DNA of 64,000 bases from Octopus sinensis (lineage: Eukaryota): assembly GCF_006345805.1 (NCBI RefSeq), contig NC_043012.1, forward strand, positions 22,692,001 to 22,756,000, read 5' to 3'. Position numbers and translations under genes: made by a program. Of this stretch, positions 1 through 12,265 are shown piece by piece. Position 1 is the stretch's first letter. Every line of letters starts with the position of its first letter. The notes beneath the pieces were generated by a model. That model was not told where the DNA came from. It made no database searches and saw only the letters and a program-made list of their open reading frames with translations.

Positions 1-624
1 CTATATATTGCGTATAATGAATAATATTTATCTCTTACCAGATGGAGTACTTTTTTAAAATCTTATTTTAAAGAAAAAGTAAACTCTCTCTCTTTCTCTT
101 TATATATATACACGCACATTATATACATATATATGTATAAAGTAAACAGAAAATGGAGAAATATTGATCAACAACAATTGACTAACATTGATTATTACTT
201 TTTAATACAAAGACTTTATCCCATCTAACAGCCGTTTCTGATTCCAATGCTCCACAGTATTACCATTGAAAATTCTTAGAATAATATTCGTCATATTTTG
301 TAATACATGTGAACTGGAACATGGGGCTTCATCAGAGTGAAGAAAAATACATAAAAGAAAAGAAAAGAAGACGAGCCTCGAGAACAAGAAGAAGGTCTTA
401 ATATATTTGAATCATACCATTTTGCATATGTGATGCTTCAGGACATTGAGTAAATGACTAAACTAAAAATATTAATTGGTGGGGTAATTCTCCTTTAGGG
501 GTAACAGGGTGTATAAATATTAACAAAAGTAAAATAAAAACTTTACTGTAACAGGATACACCAATAGGTCTAGAAAAGGAGGGAGTGATAGTGCCATACT
601 GTTTAGAAGTAATCATAATAGTTC

Positions 625-722
625 TTGAAAGTTGACCACGGTGGAATTTGAACTCAGAACATAAAGACAGGCTAAATACCATTTCACCCAGTATGCTAAT
701 GTATCTGCCAGCTCACCGCCTT
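625..722 (-). mobile_element. tRNA-derived SINE fragment (5' part), family C
   Basis: Matches the 5' part of fuller copies at 21896-22127 and 27726-27958 (gaatttgaactcagaac B-box region, ctgccagctcaccgcctt head). Confidence 0.7.
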
Positions 723-924
723 ACAAAGGACAAGCTATTAAGACTGTTATATGGGTAGATGTAAATAAAAAAATAAATAAAAGTATGGAGTAGTATATGT
801 AAACCGCTTACAACATTGCAAATGAAACAAACATGTGAACAAGTACCATATATGTATGTATATATATATAAATAAATATATATACACACATATATGTACA
901 CACACACATATTTATAAAAAAAAA

Positions 925-1252
925 AAGGAACACTCTGTTAGTTATGATGACGAGGGTCCCAGCTGATACAATCACCAGAACAGATTGGTTGTGAAATTAA
1001 CGTGTAAGTGACTGAGCACTCTGCAGACACATGTGCCCTTAACATAGTTCTCAGGGAGATTCAGCATAACACAGAATATGACAAGGCTGGCCCTTTGAAA
1101 TACAGGTACTACTGATTTTTGCCAGCTGAGTGGACTGGAGCATCGTGAAATAAAGTGTCTTGCTCAAGAACACAATATGTCACTGGGAATTGAACTCACA
1201 ATGTTACTATCATGAGCCAAACACCTCTAACCACTAAGCCACATGCCTTCAC
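925..1252 (-). mobile_element. tRNA-derived SINE (head B + body Y)
   Basis: Pol III A/B-box-like head (tggcttagtggttag...gagttcaattccc). The 3' body, from gtacctgtatttcaa onward, is shared with 5372-5761. Confidence 0.8.
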
Positions 1253-1703
1253 CAATTGGATGAAATTTTGAGTGAACTTGCAATTAAACAACCGAGATTG
1301 GTCAATAGAGACAGGCCAATTCTCTTGCAAGACAATGCTTGACCACATGTTGCACAAAGAATGCTACTGAAGTTACAGGAACTGAACTTGGAAGTGCTCT
1401 GTCATCCACCATATTCACCAGACCTTGCACCAACTGACTTTCACGTTTTCCAAGCATTAGACAACATTTTGCAAGGAAAAAACCTCAAATCTGAAGAAGA
1501 TGCAAAAAAAGCCTTTCATGATCTCATCACCTCTTGCTCTCCAGAATTCTTTGCTGCCAGCATAAATAAACTACCGATAAAATGGCAAAATTGTGTTGAT
1601 AAATTTAGGTGCATACTTTGATTAACTGCATTGCTTTTTGTTGAGATAAAGTGAAATAAACTTTCAGTTCAAAATTGGACATTTCATTCTTGATAATCTG
1701 ATA
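1253..1703 (+). mobile_element. mariner transposase C-terminal relic with right TIR
   Basis: Translates to LLQDNA*PH...HPPYSPDLAPTDFHVF (mariner YSPDLAP and catalytic D motifs). Ends in a TIR-like ...ttcttgataatctgata followed by TA. Confidence 0.9.
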
Positions 1704-1704
1704 T

Positions 1705-1997
1705 ATCGCTGTGACCGTGACCGACCAGACTATCAGATGTTGCAACACATCGCTGGTCACAATGCCTTCAAATGACTCCACCCCGCTGGCTAAGCGAGCA
1801 GGCCAACAGAAGAAAGAGTGATAGAAAGTTGTGGCAAAAGAGTACAGCAGGGATCGACACGACCCTCTGCTGGAGCTTTGTGGAGCTTTAGGTGTTTTCG
1901 CTCAATAAACACTCACAATGCCCAGTCTGGGAATCAAAACCGTGATCCTACGACTGCGAGTCTGCTGCCTTAACCACTGGACCATTGTGCCTCCACA
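1705..1997 (-). mobile_element. tRNA-derived SINE (head A + body X)
   Basis: First ~190 nt align with the head of 5372-5761; the 3' part differs. Confidence 0.8.
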
Positions 1998-2010
1998 ACA
2001 TGATATATAT

Positions 2011-2139
2011 AAATCCTAATTGAGGGAGCAGAGTAGGTGAAGTTCAGGTCACATATGTGTTTCCGAGATAGCAGGATCTACTTACTATGAAACATATGTA
2101 ATCTGAATTTTACCTGCTCTACTCCTTCAATTTGGATTT
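2011..2139. repeat. imperfect inverted repeat (~52-bp arms, ~25-nt loop)
   Basis: aaatcctaattgagggagcagagtaggtgaagttcaggtcacatatgtgtttc pairs with gaaacatatgtaatctgaattttacctgctctactccttcaatttggattt. Mismatches are mostly transitions. Confidence 0.85.
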
Positions 2140-3027
2140 TTATTTGCATTCATAGTGATTCAAGCTGCTAAACATCAACTATATAAAAAGTTTTGTTTAG
2201 CTTATCAAAGTTTGATATGAGAACAGCCTACAAGCCTTGCTAATAAGTTATTACTGTTCCTGAACATTGTTTTCTTATATCTACCATGGACTGTTCAAAG
2301 CTTACAAACTTCCTACACTTAGCTCCTGGATTTTGTAATTACACACACACAGATATATATATATATATATACATACACATTAAGTCATGATGAGAGCTGT
2401 ACTGACATAGCTAACCAGTTCTCTCTCTTCAAGTCTCTCTCACTCTCTCTCTACACACACACCACAAACACACACATGCATATATGTAAAATTTTGTATG
2501 CAAGAGAAGTGCAACAGTAGATGCAAAAGTGTACGTTTACAGCAGCGAGCATAAAACTAATTAAAGATGTCAGATGTAAAGCACCAGACACTCTCAGATC
2601 GACTGTACAAGGTGGTGGTGGTGCTGCTGTTTGTTGTTGCTGTGCTGGTTAAAACTAGCTGACTCTGCTACTCTCAGAATCAGACAGTTATGTGTGTGTG
2701 TGTGTGTGTGTGATTAGATAAGCCAAGCTTCAGTTGCAGATGAAATGCAAGTCTGTGCAACAAACTTGTGCAGGAGACTAGCAACTGAAAGCAATGGGGC
2801 AAGAGATGGTCAGATGACAAGCAAACTGTGATATTAATACTCTGTTACAGATAACAGATACAACAAATAACTTTCATATAAGAGAAAACCGCTTTTAAAA
2901 ATATTATAGATTTTTGATAGAGAGACCCTAGAATGTTATGAAATATGAATATATGTGAATGTGTGAGTGTTTATATACAAACACACACACATACACTAAT
3001 ATAAAGATGTTATATGTATGCCTTGGT

Positions 3028-3061
<34 letters not shown>

Positions 3062-3213
3062 CATTGTTTATTTGTTTATTGTCCACTTTTCAATACTTGA
3101 ATGAGTCAGGCAGACTTTATTAAGACAAATTTTCTATGACTGGATGCCCTTCCTGTCACCAACTCTCGCCTCTTTACAAACAAGGCAGTATTTCTCTTTG
3201 GACAGACACATCA

Positions 3214-3660
3214 TCATCATCGTTTAACATCCGTTTTCCATGCTAGCATGGGTTGGATGGTTCGACCGGGGATCTGGGAAGCCAGAAGGCTGCACCAGGC
3301 TCCAGTCTGATATGGCAGTGTTTCTACAGCTGGATGCCCTTCCTAACGCCAACCACTCCGTGAGTGTAGTGGGTGCTTTTTACGTGCCACCTGCACAGGT
3401 GCTAGGCGAGGCTGGCAACGGCCACAATCGGATTGGTGCATTTTACGTGCCATCGGCACAGAAGCCAGTCGAGGCGGCACTGGCATCGGCCACGATTCGG
3501 ATGGTGCTTATTACGTGCCACCGGCACGGAAGCTAGTCGAGGCGACGCTGGCATCGGCCATGATTCGGATAGCGCTTTCTACGTACCACCAGTCCAGGGG
3601 TCCTGGCAACTGCCAGGTGCCAGTCATAGGATTGGTTTAATTTCGATTCCGATTTCACAA
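3214..3660 (-). mobile_element. SINE family D with (GAT)n tail and a 5' tandem array of four 63-68 bp units
   Basis: Tail catcatcatcgtttaac at left, central ggaagggcatccagctgtagaaac domain, and repeated cores tttttacgtgccacc at 3381, 3444, 3512, 3580. Confidence 0.85.
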
Positions 3661-4191
3661 AATGCTGGAAATGAATAGCACTGTTTCTATGACAGTACAC
3701 ACACACACACACACACACAGTGGACTTCTTTCAGACACTGTCAACAAAATCCATTTATAAAACTTTCATGTAATTGAATTCAAACTTATGTAGTTGAGAA
3801 GTAAACTTCTTATCTTCTTATCACAAAGCAACTCTCAGTAAAAGGAGCTGAAGACAAGGTCAGATGTTGGAAATACATTTAACATTACATTATACTTCGT
3901 TTATTTGATAAGCTTGCAGAGGGTTAAACATATGGCCATTTGTGATGAATCATTTTAATTTTAATGTAATGTAATACACATATATTCTCTCTCTCACACA
4001 CACATATGATTGTACATAATGTCTAACATGCACATGCAGCTTGGAAGGTCCATATTAGTGGTGATGTGTTCATATTTGTGAAACCTAAAACATTGAAGGC
4101 AAAAACATACATACAAACATATACACATGCTTGCACAAGTTTGTTGCACAGACTTGCATTTCATCTGCAACTGAAGCTTGGCTTATCTAAT

Positions 4192-4235
<44 letters not shown>

Positions 4236-5056
4236 TACATACATACATACATACATACATACATACATTCATACATATACACATGCTAGCATGGAAGGTG
4301 GACGTTAAATGATGATAGATATAAACACATACATATGCACACATATGCATGTATATATATATATGTGTGTGTGTGTATATTATGGTGTGTTATTCCAGTG
4401 TAAAGGAGGTGAAACAAATAACCAAATACACAACAAATAACAGAAAAAGATGAAGAAAAAGGAAGCAATGTCTTTGGGTTATGAAGGACTTGGAATAAAA
4501 AAAAAAACATGTAAAATTGTCTCATTTTCTTACTCTATTCACATGCTTTCTAATGCTACTTTATTAAATTAATAGTGGTCATTACTATTTTTTCTTTGTT
4601 GTTTAAAAATCTGTAATTTCAGTGTGAAAACTGTGTGTGATTTGATGTAGAGAATCGATAAAATATACGTGTGTACACACACACATACACACTGACAAAT
4701 GGCAATATATTGTTCAAAGCGACAATATTTAGGCAACTCCTGAATTGACTCTGGTTTGAAACTTTAGACTTTTTTTTAAAAATCATACCAATGTGGACGA
4801 GATGGGAATTTTAAAATTATGGTAACACAAACTCTTTCTACATACTCTTCAAATTTGCACCCTGGAGAGGTTGCTTCAGTGTTCTAACTTGTGATGTAAA
4901 CACCATTGTCTCTCCAAATGGATTCAGTAAAAGAGATTTATGTTTGATGTTAGGGTAGATGTAGCTGGTTATTAAAAATCTGACGTGGATATATATATTC
5001 CTATGTTAAAATAATTCAGTCTACAGAAACATTTATAATATATAATGCATTAAATA

Positions 5057-5360
5057 GAGGGCAATGGCCTGGTGCTTAGGGTGTTGCACTCAAAATTGCG
5101 AGATCATAGCTTCAATTTCTGGACAAGGTTATGCATTGTGTTTTTGAGCAAAACACTTCATCTCACATTGCTCTACTATCACTTTGACACCTGACGTGTG
5201 GTACATCATACACCTTTTATGAGACAACCTTGATTTGATGGAAGGCGATGAGCTAACGTACAACACATACACTTGATCACATTAAACAGAATCATTTGTG
5301 CAGGTCATTCAGCACAGACTGAACTCTTGTATATTGTCCTCGATAGATTCCATCGTATAT
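5057..5360 (+). mobile_element. older tRNA-derived SINE
   Basis: Head gagggcaatggcctggtgcttagggtgttgcactc followed by gcattgtgtttttgagcaaaacact, as in other degenerate copies (10375-10520, 63385-63500). Confidence 0.55.
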
Positions 5361-5371
5361 TAACCTATTAG

Positions 5372-5761
5372 AGAGGAAGCACTCCGTCAGTTACAACGAC
5401 GAGGGTTCCGGTTGATCTGAATCAACGGAACAGCTTGCTCGTGAAATTAACGTGTAAGTGGCTGAGCACTCCACAGACACGTGTACCCTTAACGTAGTTC
5501 TCAGGGATATTCAGCGTGACACAGAGAGTGACAAGGCCGATCCGTTGAAATACAGGTACAACAGAAACAAGAAGTAAGAGTGAGAGAAAGTTGTGGTGAA
5601 AGAATACAGCAGGGATCACTACCATCCCCTGCCGGAGCCTCGTGGAGCCTTTTTAGGTGTTTTCGGTCAATAAACACTCACAACGCCCAGTCTGGGAATC
5701 GAAACCGCGATCCTATGACCGCGAGTCTGCTGCCCTAACCACTGGGCCATTGCGCCTCTTC
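5372..5761 (-). mobile_element. young tRNA-derived SINE (head A + body Y) with 11-bp TSD
   Basis: CpG-rich A box (tggcccagtggttagg) and B box (gtttcgattccc). Flanked by direct repeat taacctattag at 5361-5371 and 5762-5772. Confidence 0.9.
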
Positions 5762-5792
5762 TAACCTATTAGTAACTGTCAAATGATACACA

Positions 5793-5833
<41 letters not shown>

Positions 5834-6064
5834 TTGTATACATTTCCTTTATCTCTCTTTACTTCTTCATTTGACTGAAGGAAATAGTAAGAACATAGAA
5901 CAATTGGCTGAGATCTGATTCCTCTGCCCAATGGTGCCAGTGTGGTTACATGGTTCACATATTTGCTTCACACTTACATGCTTTCTGGTTCACTCCCATT
6001 GCCTGTGGCATTGGACAACCATCTTCTACTATACCTTTGGGTCTACATTATTCTTTCTACTATA

Positions 6065-6278
6065 GGAACAAGGCCTGAAAATTTTTTTGTGGGGTAGGGG
6101 GGACTACTCGATTACATCGACCCCAGTGTTTCACTGCTACTTAATTTATTGACTCCGAAAGGATGAAAGGCAAAGTCGACCTCAGTGGAATTTGAACACA
6201 GAACATGGCAACAGTCGAAATACCGGTAAGCATTCACCTGGCATGCTAATGATTCTGCTAGCTTGCTGCCTTACTTTG
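6065..6278 (-). mobile_element. SINE family C copy
   Basis: Contains gactccgaaaggatgaaaggcaaagtcgacctc and gaatttgaacacagaac, shared with 21896-22127. Confidence 0.75.
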
Positions 6279-6599
6279 GGTCTATATAATAATAATATCA
6301 TCTTTAATTCAATTCTCACTTTCCCATGGGTCAGACAGAATTTGTTGAGGCAGATCTCCTAGGCCAGATGCCTATTGCCAACACTTACCTGATTCTCAGT
6401 AAAAGTAGTATTTTCCCAGAGGTAGACAAGGCTTTCACAGAAGACAGCAAACAAAAGGATTTCACATATGTGATGATGATGTTGTTCTTTTACAACCATC
6501 ATTTGAAACCTAGACAAAGTTACACACACACACACAGGGGATGATTGCTTTATCTTCAGAAATGATAGTGAAACACCTGTAAGCCACCGGGTTTAAGTA

Positions 6600-6735
6600 G
6601 CGGAGGTATTTTTTGTCATTCTCCCAGTTACCATTATAGGTTCCAGTGACAAGCATTGCAAGATGTCTGGGAACCATTTTGACTGCAAGTTCTATGTCAG
6701 AGAATCTTTCCCCTGGAAGAGCAGCCATTTCCAAA
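6600..6735 (-). mobile_element. probable LINE apurinic-endonuclease-like relic
   Basis: AALPGERFSDIELAVKMVPRHLAMLVTGTYNG resembles the RTE-type APE segment (..IPRH..LLVxGDFNA). Homologous to 10190-10320. Confidence 0.35.
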
Positions 6736-7351
6736 GCTTCATAAAAAAAAAAAGCTTTCTCTACTTTTGGAAAATCTCCTTAACTCATAGATGGGACCCT
6801 GATGGTTACTATCATTTGGGGTCAGAATGAACCTGGGAGTAACAAGCTCCCCATGCCTTCAGAGCTCCCAAACTGGAGCCTCACCACCAGATACAGTTTG
6901 ATATCCGACCCAGGACTGGAAATTTATTTGATCCAGAGCCAGGATCCTGAGAAATTACAATAAACACAAGTTAAAACTAAACATACTTAAATATATATAA
7001 TGGGTTTCTTTCAGTTTCTGTTTATGAAATCCACTCACAAAACTTTGGTTAGCCCAGAACTATTTAAGGGTACATTTAGGTTACCTGAGAGTACAGTGGG
7101 ACTATTTGAGAGTGCAGGTAGGTAATTAGTTGTATCATTAGAGAATATGATTGGATTGTTAGAAAGTATAGCTGAGTCATTTGTGAGTGTACCTCAGTCA
7201 TTAAAATTTAACGATTTATAATACCGTAAAACTTATTTATATTTATAATAACATAGAAAAACATTTTGATAAGAATAAAAAAAAAGCATGAGAGAAAAGA
7301 TGGGATGGGGAGGGGAGGGGGAAGACAAAGTATGCAACACACACAGAGAAG

Positions 7352-7398
<47 letters not shown>

Positions 7399-7930
7399 AA
7401 CACACATATATATATATATATGAGAAAGAACTTTCATGTATGTGTGAGAGATAGGGAGGGAGTGAAAGGTGCTGAGAGAGGAAGAGAGAAAGGTAGTAAG
7501 AGAGAGGTGAGAAAGAGGGGGAGTCAACCGAAAAGTTAAGAAGGTGAGAGAGAGAGAGAGAGAGACAGGGAGGGGAAGGAGAGGGAGGGGAGGTGGAGAA
7601 TGTCCAAAGAAGGAAGTCTGGTGGAGTGGACTGAAATAGGAGAAAGAGGAAGGACTTAAGAGATACTATATAGCTTTCTCTCTCACTTTTTCTCTCTAAC
7701 TGGTGGCCAGACAGCCAGGTTCATCAATAGCCAAAGGGACTTTGTCAATACAACATGTTTTTAGGTTAAGGCTAAGCATTAATAACAATATCCACAGCGA
7801 AATCTCTCGACTTTTCATAAAAACTGCAGGTCAAAAGTCACAGTAAACAGACGATGATGGAAGCTGGTCATGTTGGCCGTATTGTAAGGGACAACAAAGT
7901 GGCATAGCATCAACTAGAGGATACAATTGC

Positions 7931-7962
<32 letters not shown>

Positions 7963-8619
7963 TGTCTTCCATTTTTGCGTAATAAAAGACAAAACAAAAA
8001 CAACTACAAAGAACTCCAAGTCAATTTCGGACAAGAAGGCAGGCAGCTCTTTAGAAGTCTTGGTTGTGTGTCCCTCAGGCCACTTCTATTCATACCCTGT
8101 AAAACAACATTGTACAACTTATTTTTGCATAATATGAAGGAATAACGAAGGATTATCTGACTTTTTACCAAGAAATTTCTGTTGTTTTATCCATCTTTAC
8201 TCTCTCACCAACCATCACATCGAACCCAACCCCAACCCAATAGAACACAACCCTAAACCTAACCCCAACCCAACATAACACACCACTAATAGAAGCAAAG
8301 AGAACAACCGCTAGCGGCACTGATTGTTGCAGTAGTGATGTGTACAGCACAGCTGAAAAACTTAGAGGTCTTTTAGATCATCCAGTACCTGAGGAAAAAT
8401 AGTAGAAGCAACCGGTTTTTAAGATGTTACCTGCAGCTAAAAAAGGGACACACAGTGGTGACTGCAATCTACTGAAGAGATGGATGGATGGATGGATATA
8501 AGCAGTGAGCATATTGGTGTCAGTAATGCTGATGATATTGGTGGTGTTGGTGGTGAGAAAAGGGTGGGGTAAATGAAACAGAAGGGCTCATGGATAGAGT
8601 AAGGTGTGATAATACACTG

Positions 8620-8657
<38 letters not shown>

Positions 8658-9093
8658 AAGAAAATCTAGTGAGGAGGAATGGTAGTTTATTTATTTATAA
8701 ATTTATTATTATTGTATTTTTTTTTTGCATTAACTTCCATAAATGATCAGGATTCTTTTCCATTAGCTCACCAGTTGTCAAATAATGTCCTATGATTAGC
8801 ATTTGGAGAACAAACCCCATGCTGTCAAAAGAAAACAAACAAGCAACACAAGAAAAAAAAAATCATAGTAAAAACTATGATCAAATCAGGAAGGATACAG
8901 AGAGGTTTTCCTTCTTTTTTTTTTTTTCTTGGAATGGCTAGGCAATGGAATTAAGCTTTACTCAATATGCTAATTTATGTAAATGCTATGGTGTTTACTA
9001 TCATACATACTGGTTCTGGTCTTTCCGCAAGGAATATTGTCTTCATTTGCATATATCAAATTATTAAATATATTTACAAAACTCAATCTTCAG

Positions 9094-9127
<34 letters not shown>

Positions 9128-9475
9128 TTACTACTACTACTATGAATAATAATAATAATAATGATAATGATGATGATATATGATTTCTAGCATCAATTAA
9201 TATTGATTTCTATAACAGCAACAACAACAGCAATAATAATAATAATAATGATGATAATAATAATGATAATAATGATAATTTTATGAAACTAATAAATTAT
9301 TTAAAGCTGTTAAAAGCAGATGTGATGATATAAAGAAGTAAAAGTGGCAAAAGATATTAAATGGATCATTTAAGTGCAGTGTGTGCATATATATATATAT
9401 GTATATATATATACATATATATATATATATAGTTATATATAAATATGCATGTGTGTGTGTATATATGTATATATA

Positions 9476-9511
<36 letters not shown>

Positions 9512-9789
9512 CTTTAACAACTGAAATGATCATTTGCTAAAGTGTATGTCTATACTGACACTTAATTCAAAAAAAATTTTTTTTTGGTATTTTGCAGAGA
9601 AAGATTTTCGCAGAAGAAATGAGAAGCTGTGATGTTTGTCTTTGGCAAGAACATTAGTAATCATTATTATTCAACCTCATTACCATTGTTGCTGTCATCA
9701 TCTTCATCCTCAACATTGTCAGCATTATCATTCATGTCAGCACCCCACCCACCATCATCATCCTCAATATCGCTTGGCAGAGGGGGTGC

Positions 9790-10370
9790 CATTTTTATAC
9801 TCATACCCAGGTGTAATTAAGTTAATTACATCATGGTAGTGTAGGGTTCATCGAACCAGTAGGATTTCAAGCTCAAATTTACAACCTTCATATTGGACCA
9901 TGGTTGGTGGAGAGAACATGATGAGACCCTTGTCCAGCAGTAGACTGAATATGGGTGACCCAATCCAACGATGATATGACGACTGCTGCAACCTGTCACA
10001 TTACAGTCATTTCCCATTCACCTTAACCGTTCTGGTTCACCTTCATTCTTGCATGTGAGCAGCTATGACTTATCATGCTGCCATACAGCCCCTGACAAGG
10101 GACTTCAAAGAATACAAAGCAGATCAAGAAATGAAATACGAACAGAGAGACATCTGTATGTCATTGGAATCAAACGACAAAAGCTTGTACAACTCTTTTG
10201 CCGTTCTCTCAGTTGCCATTACAAGTTCCAGTGACAAGCATTGGAGGGTGACCAATGCCATTTGGACCACAAGGCTTATGTCAGGGTTTCTTTCTCCTGG
10301 AAGAGCTGCCTTTCCCATGGTCCTGTTTAAAGTAACAGGAGTCTCCACTACCACTGATAAATCTATATAC
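9790..10370 (-). mobile_element. probable degenerate LINE APE-like relic
   Basis: Shares ~110 nt with 6600-6735 (gttccagtgacaagcattg...cctggaagagc). Has a frameshift and stops. Confidence 0.3.
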
Positions 10371-11354
10371 AAACATGTTAAGGCTCAGTGGTTAGGGTGT
10401 TGCATTCATGATTGCAAGATTCTGGTTTCAATTCCCAGACTGTTAGTGCTTTGTGTTCTTGGGCAAAAAAACTTCATTCCACATTGCTCTCCAGTTCACC
10501 CAACAGTAAATGAGTAACTCTAGAAGGAGTTAAAGTTGGCCATACCTTAAACTCACTCCTGCCATTAAATCAACATTGTCTGAACAGACAGATGTACGGT
10601 GTGCCACATGTTGGGTGTTGAAGTGATTGCAGATCAACAGAAGATGAGGTGTTTTGCTCAAGAACACAACACACCTTCTGGTCTAGAAATTGAAACCATG
10701 ACCATGAGATCATGAGTGAAACACCCTAACCACTATGCCATGTATCCTCACTATATTACACACACACACACACACGCACACATACACACGTGTATGTGTG
10801 ACTGGATGGATAAATATATATATTGCATTATTGATACCAACTTTTGGCACAAAACACCAGCAACTTCAAGGGAGGAGACCAACTTCAGTGTTCAACTGGT
10901 CCCTTGTTTTGTCAACCCCGAAAGGATGAAAGGCAAAGTCAACCCTGGCAACATTTGGACTTAGAACCAAAAGTCAGGGGACTTTATGTTCTAAGAATGT
11001 CTTCAGGCATGTTGACAATTCTGCCAGCTCGCTGCCTTTACCATTTAGCATTTAAACTGACCATATCTGGCTCAAATATTCTACCTGTTTTATCTTCAAA
11101 CTGTCCAGATCCAGCCTCTCACACCTACCCTACAAAGTCATTCTAAAGATATGCAATCACATCATCAAAATCTCAAAGTTATGGGAAAATGCATGATTAA
11201 TTAAAAGCAGAGTAATTAAATAAGCATTAGATTTGATAAATTAATCTGAATACTAATGGGTTAAGATATCATGATATTATTGACCCATGAATGGATTCAG
11301 TGAGATTCTATGCAGTCACAGTTAGGAATGCTAAAAATCACAGCCTTCCTTCTT

Positions 11355-11665
11355 CTATCCACTCAGTCGAAGTCGACTCTCGGTTACTCGATGGATCAAT
11401 GTCCTCCAGTCAGTTCTATCCTGGGCCGCTTCTTTCAGATTGGCTATGCCCATTCCGGTATCACTCTTGATGGTGTCAAGCCAGCGGGTTCTTGGTCGGC
11501 CTCTTCCTCTCTTGCCACTGACCATTCCGAGCACGATGTCCTTCTCCAGGGATTTTCTCCACTTAATATGACCGAAATATGCCAATCTATGCTTGGTGAT
11601 CTTAGCTTCTAGCGACATTTTTGGCCTGATCTGCTTAAGAACTTCTCCATTGGTGGGCCTCACTG
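11355..11665 (-). mobile_element. RTE (BovB-like) LINE 3' end
   Basis: SLEAKITKHRLAYFGHI...GKRGRGRPRTRWLDTIK...QDRTDWR, the typical RTE ORF C-terminus. Confidence 0.9.
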
Positions 11666-12218
11666 TCCAGTGAAAAATTACAGCCAAATCCCCTTAAATT
11701 TTCACCTTAATCTAATAATGTTGGTGACAATGATACTGGTGATGAGAAGGAGCTGAGGATTGGCATAGTTTTCCAAAGGTACCTTCCGACTGCACAATTT
11801 AGGATGGATAAAAAAAAAAAATCAACATAAAAAATTAACAAAGTTTATGGTTAGGAACTGAGAGAAAATACAAGAGGAAACAACAAATGTATTTTAGAAA
11901 GTAATTAACTGCTAAATTTTCAATTCCATTTATTTTTCAAGATAAAGTTCTGAAAAATATAGCGAACCCTCTCCTCCCCCCTCAGAATAGATAAAAAAAC
12001 ACAAAACAAAAAAACTGGTTGCTCTGGTCATATGTTGCAGCGAATGTAGTTGTGTTGATGAATATGGAGAGGGTGATGGTGGTGGTGATGGTGGTGGTGG
12101 TGGTGGTGAGATTTGAGATAGATAAGAAATATAATAGCTTAGGTTTTTGCTACATTTTCCGTGTGTGCATGTGCATATGAGCGTGTATGCACATGAGTGT
12201 GTGTGTATGTGTGTGTGT

Positions 12219-12265
<47 letters not shown>

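Noticed and set aside
226-262. Degenerate hammerhead-like string on the minus strand (CTGTGGA..GAAACGGC)
   Set aside because: Core and stem II are both broken; not distinguishable from chance.
3370-3600. Repeat-spacer-like array resembling CRISPR
   Set aside because: The spacers are homologous to each other, the array is part of a dispersed SINE, there are no cas genes, and the context is eukaryotic.
5690-5761. tRNA-like sequence (also 55097-55170 and others)
   Set aside because: SINE heads continuing into SINE bodies; no complete acceptor stem.
8311-8352. Minus-strand LCCTHHYCNNQCR* after tttttcag, resembling the Ly6/three-finger CCxxxxCN motif
   Set aside because: Only 13 codons with no other domain exons found; could be chance.
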